A stretch of 64,000 bases of DNA from Camelus dromedarius (lineage: Eukaryota): NCBI RefSeq assembly GCF_036321535.1, contig NC_087459.1, forward strand, positions 17,918,001 through 17,982,000, in the 5' to 3' direction. Shown one piece after another: positions 12,420 to 24,263 of the stretch; the stretch's first letter is position 1; every line of letters begins with the position of its first letter. The translations under genes and the position numbers were made by a program. The notes under the pieces are model-generated. The model was not told where the DNA came from and made no database searches. It saw only the letters and a list, made by a program, of their open reading frames with translations.

Positions 12420-12702
12420 GGGGCGGGGGGGGGGGGGGGTGGGACGGGACAGACTGGGAGTTCAAAATGTAGAATAGATAAACAAGATTATACTGTATAG
12501 CACAGGGAAATATATACAAGATCTTGTGGTAGCTCACAGTGAAAATAAAAAAAGTGACAATGAATATATGTATGTTCATGTATAACTGAAAAATTGTGCT
12601 CTACAGTGGAATTTGACACAACATTGTAAAATGACTATAACTCAATAAAAAAAAAAGCTTTAAAAAAACCAATTCAAATAAAAATTAAAGTTAAAATTAA
12701 AA
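12420..12702 (+). mobile_element. Young L1 3' UTR, 5'-truncated, perfect 15-bp TSD
   Basis: TSD aaagggaaggccatg at 12405-12419 and 12703-12717; AATAAA plus A-rich tail. Confidence 0.92.
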
Positions 12703-13338
12703 AAAGGGAAGGCCATGCACAGACGTCTTGGGTGACCATGGACTCCCAGGAGTGCAAGGTGAAGCGGGAAAGGATTCCAAGTGCCCCTGCTCCCCTGTTG
12801 GGCTTATTCTGTTCTTTGTTAGTATTAAGTCTCTATAACCATAATTCTTGCTAAGAGATTAATTTGCTGCTGTGGAACTGAACATGAGAGCTCTCAGCCT
12901 GGGCTGGGCACGCGGTAGCTGCTCACTACAAGTTTTCTGAATTGGAATTCAGAACTAAAGACACAATGTTCTTCTGAAAAGTTACAAAGAATCCAAACAC
13001 AGCCTCCTGCTTCCTGTCTTCCCAAATCGGAATCTCCTACTGGATTCACACCCTGATGCCCTCAGGCTCTGGCCACACCTCATATTGAGAGGGACGGAGG
13101 AGGGGCAGGAATGTGTTAGGTTCTGAAACCAGCGTGTGTTTCACCAGCTGGTTTAAGGAAATCAGCTGCATTTCCTCAAAGTCCTGGATATGGATGGAGA
13201 CTATCCAAAAGCAAAGGTGCAGACAGCACAGATGTGGTGCGGTAAGGACTGTTTTAACCAGAAGGGCCAGAATCAAAAGACAAGGCGAGGGCTGCAGCGC
13301 TGAGACCAGCGTGGAGACCGGCGCACAGAGGCTCTTAC

Positions 13339-13422
13339 GTTGCTGATGTACTCCAGAGGGGTGAGACTGAAGGTGGGCAGGTCATCGGTCAAGGTCTCTC
13401 CAATGCCAGCTGTGCTCCAGCT
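13339..13422 (-). CDS. COG7: COG7 exon 14 (84 nt)
   Basis: Acceptor ttcctcccctag|; [28 protein letters not shown]; donor AAC|GTAAGA. Confidence 0.98.
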
Positions 13423-13725
13423 CTAGGGGAGGAAGGAGAGGAAGCGATCAATGTCATAGCAACCGGGCAGCGCGGGAAAGCACCAGGTGCTGGAACACAC
13501 AGGAAGAACACAGCATCCCCCATAGACATTGTCTGCTCAGAGCTGGGATTTAGGATCATAACCACATGGCAGACCAGGGATTTCTCTTCTCTAAGTCATC
13601 CTTTCTCTCTGCATCCCTGTAGATCCATAAAAGAGGAACCCCCACCTCCTCAACTCAGCTTTTTGATGGGAACGGATCCCTTCTGCTTACCTCCCCCAGT
13701 ACGTGAAAGGAGGAACTGGGCATTC

Positions 13726-13766
13726 TTTTTTTTTTTTTTTAATGGAGGTACTGGGGATTGAACCCA
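13726..13766 (-). mobile_element. Truncated tRNA-derived SINE (3' part only)
   Basis: T15 then aatggaggtactggggattgaacc, the reverse complement of the SINE body seen at 16800. Confidence 0.55.
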
Positions 13767-14804
13767 AGAGTTGGATGTTTTTTGGTCTGAGTTTCTCCAC
13801 TAGGTGGGGGCAACAGGTCAAAAGCCTCTAGGCACAGGGAGCCTCACTAACTCGGGGGTCATCAGTCAGCACTCTAAAGGGACGAGGACTCCCCAGAACC
13901 CTCCACAGAGACCATCTGTGAATCCCGCATCTTGGGACAGAGGTTGGGAAGCCCTGTCTGGTTGCGGGAATGTCCAAACCGCATTCGCCAATACTATTTT
14001 ACTAAGTTTAAGCTGTTGCTTTTATCCCACCTGCTTTCTGGGTCTACTTCTCCGCTGATTCAGAACTCAAAGGGAAGGGGGTGAGGAGGAGTCTCAAGCC
14101 CCGCTGGCAGCCCTCTGTCCCCTGCAGGACCCCCGTCTGGAGACCTGCGGCACCAACGTATCTTCCTTCGTCATGGAAGGTGGACCTGTGCTATCACTGT
14201 GGGAGCCTTCCCGGCCTCCTCGACAGAGTTAGACCAATTACCAGCAAGCACGTGGTTGCAGAGTTCAGCCTGGAACACCTTTACACAGAAAATCTAGTTT
14301 CTTAATACTTACCTGAGTCACCCTAAAGCCAGCCTGGAAAACAAGGCCCTTTCTGGCTGGACTCTTGGAGTGACTCCCAAGGTCACGTTGTAGCTGCTCT
14401 CTGCAGCCACCTGATGCCCGATCTAGTTGCTTGATCCTTTAAGTAGCTTTCCGGGAATGTCATGACCACATCCACCCCTGGGCTCCCAGCCCAGGCCAAG
14501 CCTCCACCGTCCTCCCCCTGCTCTCCAGCACCAATTCGATTCTAACTTTCCTGCTCTAGACAAGTTCCTTTCTTCCCCATCCCTGCTCCTACAGTTTCTT
14601 AAACTCCTTGTTCTTTTCTGAGAATGAATCCTCTTTCCCTTCAAAATACCCTACTTTTTTTTAACTCCCACCCCGCAGGGATGGGTCACTCCAATCATCC
14701 ACATGCACTGAGCACTGCATGCCAGGCTTTGTCGAGAGGAGACAAAGAAACAGACGTCTTGGTTCCTGCTCTCCTTGGGACACCAAGACCCTCTGACACA
14801 CTCT

Positions 14805-14876
14805 CACACACACAGAGGCTTCCTCTTCGACATCTACACACACACATACACACACACAGAGGCTTCCTCTTCGACA
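14805..14876. repeat. Perfect 28-bp direct repeat (cacacacacagaggcttcctcttcgaca) in CA-rich sequence
   Basis: Copies at 14805-14832 and 14849-14876. Confidence 0.9.
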
Positions 14877-14999
14877 GTTCTCAGTGGCAGATGTAAGATT
14901 TCACACAATCAGAGTTCAGGGGAGTGAGGGCTCAAGGTGGTCAGAGAAGGGACCAGCCACAGGATGCATGGGGTGCAGAGAGAGGAGGCTGGGAAGACA

Positions 15000-15420
15000 A
15001 GGCTCTACCTTCAACAAACAAATTGCAAGGGAAAAGGAGAGAGAGTAAGAGAGAGAGAGAGATGGAAAGGTAATCTGTAGTTCAAAAGAGATATAAAAGA
15101 CATTATCAACGAATCCCAATGTGCAGAGCTAATCTGGATCCTGATTCCAACAGTTAAATCATGACATTTATAAGTCAATTAGAAATTTGAACACTGATTA
15201 ATGATACTAAGGAACTATTTTTAATTTTATTTTTTAGGGGTAATTATGATATTGTGATTCTATTTTTTTAAGAGTTCTTACTTTAGATAGGGGGTATACA
15301 TGAAATAGGACAGCCAAGAGTGGATCATCATCAAAGCAGGCTGATGAGGACATGAGGTTTATTATACTCTGCCCTGTACTCCTGCATATGTATGAAAATT
15401 TTCATAATCAAATTTTTAAA
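15000..15420 (+). mobile_element. Ancient L1ME-type 3' end
   Basis: caacaaacaaattgcaaggg...ctggatcctgattccaac...ggtttattatactct...tgtatgaaaattttcataat. Confidence 0.65.
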
Positions 15421-15436
15421 AGTAGACCATCACAGT

Positions 15437-15549
15437 GGGGAGAGTACAGCTCAGTGGTAGAGTGCATGCAGCCCCAGTACCTCCATTCAAAATAAATAAA
15501 TAGATAAATAATAATAAATAAATAAATCTAATTACCTCCCTCTCCCCCC
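15437..15549 (+). mobile_element. tRNA-derived SINE (camelid vic-1-like), internally deleted
   Basis: ggggagagtacagctcagtggtagagtgcatg//ccccagtacctcc plus (taaa)n; imperfect TSD aa(g/a)tagaccatca(c/t)a. Confidence 0.75.
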
Positions 15550-15569
15550 AAAATAGACCATCATACCAA

Positions 15570-15770
15570 CTGTGGGGAGCCAGGTAAGAGGCTTGAATGG
15601 GGAGAGACAAAATCAGAGTGATGCTTTACGAAGATTCATGCAGCTACTCTGACGAGGATTGTGGGTGAGGGGGCAGGCAGAAAGCTCGCGAAGCAATTCA
15701 GAGATGATGAGGACTCAAATTAGGGCAGCGGCCATGGAAACAGATGGAGACAGATTTAAAAAGAACAATA
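15570..15770 (-). mobile_element. L2 fragment
   Basis: gatgatgaggactcaaattagggcagcggccatggaaacagatggagacagatttaa. Confidence 0.45.
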
Positions 15771-16799
15771 CAATCAAGTGGTAAAGTCTTGGCAAAGAGG
15801 GGCCCAGAGATGGAGCAGAGGTGGTACAGGCCAGAGAGGCAGAGAAAGGGGAGGCCAGGAGCCACACCAGGGAGGACGGGGGCAAGGGCTGAATCGTGGG
15901 GAAGGCCAGCATCACCGAGTGCCCCTAAAGGACAAGCCCTGGGGGCTGGGGAAGGAAAAGCTTCACAGGGGAGGCGGGAGGAGCAACGCTGGAGGCGCTC
16001 AGGCAGGCGGAGGGCAGAGGGCAAGAAGGGCCAGAGTGGAAAAGTACTTTGGAGTAAGGGTGTGACAGAGTGGGCTGGTGAGGGAGGGCCTTACAAAGCA
16101 GGAAGAGAGGGTGGACCTGAAGAGGTCAACAGGGAAATGGCCTAGATTATTTTTCAGTGGTTCAAAATGTATTTAAAAATTCCTTCAAAGGGGCTTTTCT
16201 ATCCATCTGTCACCAGATAATGTAGGTAAACTTTAATAAGCTATTCAGAAAGGGAATAGAGTGTTGGTTTATATTCTTGTTATGTAAAAAGGGCAATACG
16301 ATTTACCAGCCAACATTAAAAACAAACATTTAATGACCAGGGTTTAATTTTCAAAATCTTAAGGCCAAAGTGTTTGCCTTTGTATTGTGTGCTTTCTGGG
16401 GAACTCCTCCTAATCTCCAAGCTGCCTGCGTCCATTCCCAGCGCCCGCCCTCCAGAGCTGCTGCAGTGAGGCCTGCATGAGAAGGTGAGATGCAAGCAAC
16501 CCTGGACCTGGCCTAACAGCGAGCATGGAATTCAGAAGCAGAGGGGAGAGGACAGGTGGGAAGGACCACCCCCGTCTCAGTGGAGAACTGAGACCAAATA
16601 ACTGGGAGAATTAAGGTTTCAGAACAGAAGGTCAAGATTTTAACCTCTGGCAAGATACAAATAATAAAAGCAACCACATCTGGAGGTTGGGGAAGGGAGA
16701 TGAGAGATGTAAGGAATGCTAATCCCACCAGCTTTCAGGGCAGGCAGAGCAGTATCTGTCTTAAACGGAAATGTGCTTAACAAAAGATAATGACTCCAA

Positions 16800-16963
16800 G
16801 GGGGAAAGGTATAGCTCAAGTGGGTAAAGCACATGCTTAGCATGCATGAGGTCCTGGGTTCAATCCCCAGTACCTCCTCTAAAAATAAACAAGCAAACCT
16901 AATTACCTCCCTCCCCCTCCCCTAAAAATAAAATAAATAAGACAAAATAAAACATTAAGAAAA
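16800..16963 (+). mobile_element. tRNA-derived SINE (camelid vic-1-like)
   Basis: A-box tagctcaagtgg, B-box ggttcaatcc, cccagtacctcc, A-rich tail; imperfect TSD aatga(c/t)tccaa. Confidence 0.85.
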
Positions 16964-17259
16964 AATGATTCCAATCTACCAGTTCTCACAATCTTTTCTT
17001 CTTAACCCTGGAGAAATCTTCTGGGAACTAGAATCTTTTGTGGTGAAGAAACTATTCTCTCAAGTTCAACCAATCCTTTGGTTTCATTTAATTTATCTTC
17101 TTTTTCTAGTTAAATTCAAATAAAATTTATACAGTATGCATTCTGTTTTTTTAAAAAAACAGCACATGGGTACAGTTCCACTTCTTCCTATGGATCTGTC
17201 TACCGACGCCTGCCCAGCCTTCGGCATGTCAGTGGGCAGGAGGAGATGTCCAGCCTAAT

Positions 17260-17395
17260 GATTTCCAGGCGGTGGGATATTGAAGGGGTTTACTGCCTTT
17301 TGTTTTCTTTGTGCTTTCCTGTATTGCTTGGATTTCTCAGAAGGAATATACGTAATTTTTATTTTTAAAAATTGTCATAACTTAAAAAAAAAAAA
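17260..17395 (+). mobile_element. L1ME-type 3' terminus
   Basis: ccaggcggtgggatattg...tttgtgctttcctgtattgcttggattt. Confidence 0.45.
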
Positions 17396-17429
17396 TGAGA
17401 ATCACCGAAAGGAAGAGAACTGCCACTCA

Positions 17430-17600
17430 GTAAGCATCTACTCCGTGACAGCTGTTGTGCTAAATTCTATCGTATACAAATTCTCACTTAATCCTCACTT
17501 ATGTGTATGGTGAAAATTACTCTATCCCCATTTTAAAGAGGAGGAGTTGAGGCTCACAGAGGAAGTAACGGCCTCAGCCACGTGACCCAACGAGACCACG
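17430..17600 (-). mobile_element. MIR SINE
   Basis: ctcacttaatcctcac...ccccattttaaagaggaggagttgaggctcacagag. Confidence 0.7.
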
Positions 17601-18632
17601 TACGCGTGGTGCCCGGGTGAGCTGCTGGTCATCGGCATCGCGTCCGCTCCGCTGTGACAGCGGTGGCCACCGTCCCACCACCTCACACACGCCTCCGCCC
17701 TGCCCACGCTGGAAATGCAAAATCTGTTTGGAGTAGATATCGTGGCGTTTTGCATGAGGCTTGACTAGATCATACAGTGCATAAGTGAGTGGCCCAGGGC
17801 TCCCCGCCGAGTATGCTTCCCAGAGGGCAGCAGAAAGCAAAGGACTTCCTAAAAGGATCTCCTGGTTAGTAAAGGCCCATAACTGGATCTTTCCCAAAAG
17901 ACTAAGCCGAATCTAGATAGACTTGAGGAGTCAGCAAGAAAGGTTAACCAGGCAGGGAACTGTTTCAGAAATCCCAAACGAAAGCTGAGATCTGAACCTG
18001 GGGAAGTCAGAGCCAGCAGAGGAAAAAAATGACTGACAGGCAGTTCCTTGAAAAGGAATCAGGACAACCAAAAAAAAAAAGAAGAGGGTGGCAAGGCAAG
18101 GAAAGTGAGAAGTTCTAAGAACAGCCACTCAGAAAAGGTACCCAGGACAGAGAAGAGCAGAGCCCCCCACGCCGCTCAGAACCATCAGATCAAAGCTGCG
18201 AGGCGCTGTCCAGAGTACAGCTCCGCAACCAAGTCTGCACAAAAGTCTGTGGCATGAAAACAGTCCAGCCTCACCAGACAGTTAGCTCCACTGGCCTGAG
18301 CCAGCCGATCCAGCGGCACGTAATCTCCCTGACTTCTCCCTGAGAGGACACAGCGACGCTGCTCCAGATGGTGAAGATTAATCAAGCGACAGTAATAATC
18401 CCTAATCCGCAAACAGCCTGAAAATGAAGCGTCGCAGCAACGACAGCTAAGACATTCTTGCTGAGCAATGAGTTGCATGGGAACAGTCACCCTGTACAGC
18501 GGGACTTCCAGCCTAGGAGAGTCAGAGGGGGCACCTCCCAAAGCTCAGGGAAGGGGTTGCTGAGCCCAGGGCAGAAGGGGAGCGGGCAGCGGCGAGGAGT
18601 GCGTTCTCCGATGCAGTCGGTGAGACACTCAC

Positions 18633-18773
18633 ATCCATCTTGGAAATGAGGAGCAGCTGCTGTTTGATGCGCAGGAAAACCGAATCGAAAGCCAGTTGGT
18701 GGGCCTGCTGGTTAAGGCGAGTCAGGGCCGCTCGAGATGCCGAGAGCAGGTTGTGGTTACTTGATCCTTTTTC
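18633..18773 (-). CDS. COG7: COG7 exon 13 (141 nt)
   Basis: Acceptor ttcttgtctcag|; [47 protein letters not shown]; donor GAT|GTGAGT. Confidence 0.98.
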
Positions 18774-18892
18774 CTGAGACAAGAAAACCCGGAAGGCAGG
18801 TTGTTAGGCCCTGAATCCAACCAAGGTATTAGCTAAACAGCTAAACATTTTGAAAAGCCACTGAGAGGAAAACAGGAAGAGGGTGCCCTGCA

Positions 18893-19048
18893 ACAGTGTG
18901 TCCAAACCTGGCTGCGCCAGGAGCCCCTGGGAAGCACTTGAGTTATGGATACCCAGGCGCCACCACAGCTGGAGAATCTGAATCCAGCAGGGTTCTGGAG
19001 CCTGGAAACCTGTATTTTTAATTCACTTTCCCAGGTGACTCAGATGCA
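18893..19048 (+). mobile_element. MER5-type hAT-Charlie element
   Basis: cagtgtgtccaaacctggctgc...ctgtatttttaattcactttcccaggtgactcagatgca. Confidence 0.6.
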
Positions 19049-20392
19049 TTGAAGCTAACACAAGCTCATGGATTGGCAGTTTAGGAAAACTTAACCTGTG
19101 ACTGTCCCTCAGGGATAGAGGAGGAAGGGAAAAATGATCAGAAGTGCCCTGTTATAAACAAGAGTGATGGACAGAGCCCCGATTCCCAGCGAGGTCAGGT
19201 CAATTACACTCGGCTGGACACCAGAGTCTGAATAACCTGGGTGAGTCCCAGGGTACTCCAAAGAGCCTGAGAAAATACAGGGGTGGAAAACGCAGCCTTA
19301 GTTTTGCTATTATAAATGAACCGATTACAACAAACAGACATAAATCAGATCAGCAATAAAGATAAACAGTGTTGCTTTAACCTAATCACAGAAGCATGGA
19401 TGAATGAACTTGCAGAATGGCTTCAAGAAGTGTTTGTCAAGTTCAAATGCAGCCTGTTGGTGGGTCACGGTGTAGAAGGTGGGGGAGGGCCCTGCAAGGG
19501 TGATGCTGAGGCCTCAGACATCCTGAGGCACCCTGTGCAATCACCTCCAGAGCTAGAGGCCCACCAGGAGAATTTCAGATTGGATTTCGTGCTATGGGGC
19601 CAACAGTATATCCTCTGCTCATCACCAAGAGGCTGACATTCAAATCAAACCCAGAGGGCAGGGGAGAGGTAAGGTGGTTCTGGAAAGGATGCCACGGCCC
19701 TCGAGGAACTCTGTGGCCATTCCCAGGGAGTATGTGGCTCATCCCATTTTGGGGGAGGTTCTCCTGCCCCTGGACCCCGGGGGCCCAAAGCTCAACATCA
19801 AGAGCAGCGAGCAGACAAACAAGAGTTTAAACTAAAGGAACAGCCAGGAGGAGTGCCACGTGGAGGCACTTGCACTAGACAGGCACTCCCAGCTTCTCTC
19901 CATCCTCACTCCTCCGCTGGGGAAGAGAAATGACGCCTCTGGCTGCTGGGCTGGACTCTACCTTTCCAGGTTCTGCCCACCAGCAGGCAGCACACGTTCT
20001 GGCCCCGTCTCTGTCACTCCGTACAGGGGACTGTCCCTGCGTGGGGCCAGGGGCCATCCAGCTCCGCCTGTCCTGCCGACGGGGCTACCTCCAGAGGGAA
20101 GAACAGCAAGCTCGCCTGGCTTCAGGTCTAGAGCCACATGCTCTAACTCACCTTCAGTCAGCAATAAAGCTCCATTTTCCCGACCCCTACAGCTGTATTT
20201 CAACTGGTCCCACCCAGTTTAGCTGATTACCATCTTAAAACCCCAACGTAAATGAGACAGAGATGTGGCGCAGGGCACACCACAGCCCAAGCCCCACATG
20301 CAGGGACAGGGTCAGGGAAAGCCTGGGTCAGGGAAAGGGTAAGTGACAAGGGAAAAGCTTTCATTTGCAAGAATGCCATCAGTCTGGTCTCA

Positions 20393-20710
<318 letters not shown>

Positions 20711-21619
20711 TTAAAGAAATGGAGATGTCCTTCATCCTTTACGAGGGAGCTGGACCTCAGGGGCACAATAAACACCAGGTGTTTTTATTTCCTATTTAAC
20801 ACTCATTCTAACAGAATATTCCATCCTCCTAATATGATGCCCAGCCTACAAGGGGGCTGTCAATTCACTACAGTCTGGAATACTGTGTCCTTTCTTTGGA
20901 GAACTTTCTTGCTATATGAGCATCACTGTTTGGAACAGTCAGAGCCAGGGGGAGCCACGGGGAGCCACCAGCTCCAGCCATCGTCACAGAGGCATCAGAC
21001 ACGGCAGCGGGACAGCTGGACCCCGGAGAACAGTGACGGCAGCTGCAGGACCTCACCCTCACGCACGCCGGGCCTGTGTGCTGTCTGTGTTCATGGACAC
21101 TGTAAAGCTGACTTCTGTGGTTTAGAGGGATCTATTGAGAGAAGCTGGCACTTTCCAGAGGAAGAATGCCTTGAGGAGGTTCTACGGAATGATCAACTTC
21201 TAGTGCTGCTGGGGGAGTGGAGTCTCTGGCTCCAACAAGGATGACCTCCCCTGACAGATGCTGAAAATCTTCATTCTGTTTCTCCTCAGCCCAACTTCAC
21301 CACTCAACCTATGCATTTCTATGTGTACAGAATTATGTGAAGCTATGTAGCCAGGAGATGAGGCATTGCAGTACATCCCAAGTGTGCCCAATTCCCCAGC
21401 CCCTCCTGAACAATAATTTCTTACGGAAAAAAAAATCACTGTTAGGTACTCGCTTTTTCAAACACAAATCTCATGTGTTTGTCCAGGAATGCCTGTACTA
21501 ACAAACCAGCCCTGGGGACAGGACCTTCATCACAAGCAGCCACCTGCCTCTGCCATTCAGGTCAAGTTACAGTCTTCCCTGTTGCTTGAGCCTACAGATC
21601 ATTTTGGATGGGTCTTTTA

Positions 21620-22235
21620 TCTGTGAAACCAGGGCCTGCCCCTGCCATGGCCTTACTTCCAAGTCTTCCTTATTTCTGGTCTGGATCACAGCAGCCTTCC
21701 CTTCCTCTGGTCCTTCCACGCTCCACTCAGTCTGTCCTTCTACGGGGTTAATGGCATGATCGTTCCAAAAGGCAAAGCTGATTTTGTCTTTTGCCCAAAG
21801 ATCCCTCAGTATCCACTCTCCTAGCAGTACTAGAAGTTGACCGTGAAAACACCTAGGCATGGCACCCAGGGCCCTCCATCGCTGGAGCCCCTGCATCCGT
21901 ACAAAATTCCTGCCACCATGCCAACCACCCCCACCTAGCCCTGCAGGCCTTGTTCACATGTTCCCTTGATCTGAAATGCCCGTCTTGGTCCACCTGGGAA
22001 AATCCTAATCCTTCTGCAAGCACCAGTCCCAGGGGCGCCACCTCTGCCCAGTCTTTCCCCCCAGGAACTCAGTCTTCGGATCTCACCAGCCTCTCACCTC
22101 TCTTACAGACTTATCACAAGTTGTCCCATTTCTCTGCCACTAGATGGTGAGGCTGAAACACAGAGAGCTCTCGTCATCTCTGAATTCCTAGCGCCTAGCA
22201 CGGTGCCTGAGACATGGCAGGTGCTCCTTAATTAT
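21620..22235 (+). mobile_element. L2 3' region
   Basis: ggcatggcacccagggccctccat...; 3' end gcgcctagcacggtgcctgagacatggcaggtgctc. Confidence 0.55.
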
Positions 22236-23689
22236 TCTCTGAATGAGAGGGGACCCTGGGTTTGGTGAGGAGGAAGGTGAGAGCTGAGCTTTCATCTCCG
22301 CCCTCCGAGAAGTCAGCTGTCCTCCTCGGGGTTACTGCAACGGGTGCCTCAGTCTCGGGGAAAGTGGCATCAGTCTTCAGTTGAAGAAAATCGTTGTTGG
22401 GAATGTTCTGAGTATTAAAGATTACAGTTAAAAATGTCAGAGTGGTATGCTCTACAATAAAAACCAAATCTGACTACTTTTTACATGTTGGAACATATAT
22501 AGCTCCAACCCCAAGGAACTAATGACATTTTCCCCTAGACTCCTCTTCATCCAGACAGTCACCGTTCAATGATCTAATCACTAAAATCTTATTTCCTAAC
22601 ATTGTGAACTAAACCATGCTGAAATGGACACTTGGTTTCCTCATTCATTAAGACACATTGTCTCATCATTGTAATGGGCTTCAAGCTAGGTCTTGGGGAT
22701 ACCAGATGACTAAACACAGAGCTTGCCCTCAAGAAGCTCGGAGATTAATGGGATTAACGAGTCTTTAATTAACATAGTAAGTTCACACAGAAGAGGGAGG
22801 GCCTGACATTACAATTCCATCCACTTCCTCAACTCACTTCCTTTTCTTGAAAAGCTGTTGCCCACTCCTCAGCCATGGAAACTTAGACATTTATTTTGTA
22901 TTCCCCACATCTGACTGTCCCACTGAACTGGCCCCCTAAGACCTTGTCCTAGTGGCAATACCACTATTCCCAAAGCCAGTGATGGGCACCATAAAAGTAC
23001 AGAGGAGCCACGGCAATCTCCCTGTATCTCACCCAACTTGCCCAGAACAAGAGAAGTCCCTGGGGTGACACCCAACTTGAGCTTGCTTTACTCAGCCCAT
23101 AAATCACAAAATGATCCCTGTCAGCAGGCAGGTGATCTTAAAAGCCCAGTAGCCAATGTCATTCTTGTCGCTGAAGTAATCTGCGGTGTTTCGAGCTGTT
23201 GCCTCTGCGACCCAAGGGGAGTGGTCCTTAGTCGAGGTCTGGGTTCGACAGGTGAAATTGATAGGGAGATTAGATAAGCTTTATAGGCAGCGGCCACACG
23301 CATGGGCTCCCTGATGGGAACACAGATGGTGGCTGTTAAGTCTTTTCCCTTTCCAGACGCAGTGTTTCCAGAATGACGCCACCTCTTAAAACGGCTTCCT
23401 TGGCTACGCCCAATTTATTCTCATCTCACGCCAAGGCTCAGGCCAGGCTCTCAGCCTCTCTGGGCTGCAAATGCAGTTAGAGGGACTCAGCCTGCATCTA
23501 TCATGTCCCGGGTCATCTTCTCAACCAGATCTTTCCTTTCCCCTTACAGTGTAATTTTCATCTTCATTGAAGGAGTAAGGCGAGTCTGTCTGTATGTTCT
23601 GCTTAAGGAAAGACATCTGATACCTACACAGAGAAACCCAAGTCTGAGCACAGACACTGATCTGTGAGGAAGGATGATGTGGGGGTGAC

Positions 23690-23930
23690 ACACACGCTCT
23701 GGATGCCTCCGCTGACGTCCAGGTTCAAATCACTGCCTCTCAGTTGCACTGCCTCAGACACAGCTATTTTCACAAATAATTTCTTTTACCTAAAAAGTTA
23801 TTACCTGTGCCTCAAGGTCCCTTCATGTGTAAAAATGGGAGTAAGGGTAGTACCTACCTCTCTGGACCCCCTGGGAGGACCATTGAGTTAAGTCATGTAA
23901 AGTCCTTAATGTCAGGGTTCAATAAATGTG
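23690..23930 (+). mobile_element. MIR SINE
   Basis: ccaggttcaaatcactgcctc...tgtaaaaatgggagtaagggtagtacctacctc...ttcaataaatgt. Confidence 0.65.
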
Positions 23931-24193
23931 ACTGGGGGTGGGGGTGCTGTTAATGTTTCTTCCAAAGAATTTTCAGGGTGAGTAGACTTTCCGTTTTTAC
24001 TTTGTACGCCTGCAAATTTTAATGTTTGCAATGAGCTGGGCCCAGGCTGTAATTACTACTGTAATTAATAAAATAATAAGCTACATGGCCTTTCTTTCAA
24101 ATATGTAAATGTCAAATTCTCAGACTTTCTTAGGGGCCCTTGTGAACCCAGACCTACTCACCCCTTCACCACAGGGTCCCCTCACCACACGTC

Positions 24194-24263
24194 TGTGTGC
24201 ATGTGTGCGTGCATGTGTACGCATGCACGTGCGTGTGAACATGGGCACGCGCGTGTGTGTGTG
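24194..24263. repeat. Degenerate (TG/CA/CG)n alternating purine-pyrimidine tract
   Basis: 44 nt of perfect alternation at 24194-24237 and 19 nt at 24245-24263. Confidence 0.85.

Noticed and set aside
16800-16880. tRNA-like A/B boxes (also at 15437, 25220 and 31177)
   Set aside because: tRNA-derived SINE heads with SINE body, A-rich tails and TSDs; no full cloverleaf or acceptor stem
20146-20232. AAG|GTGAGT donor in intron 12
   Set aside because: The only nearby acceptor I found is weak (ggggttttaag); not well enough supported to list as a candidate
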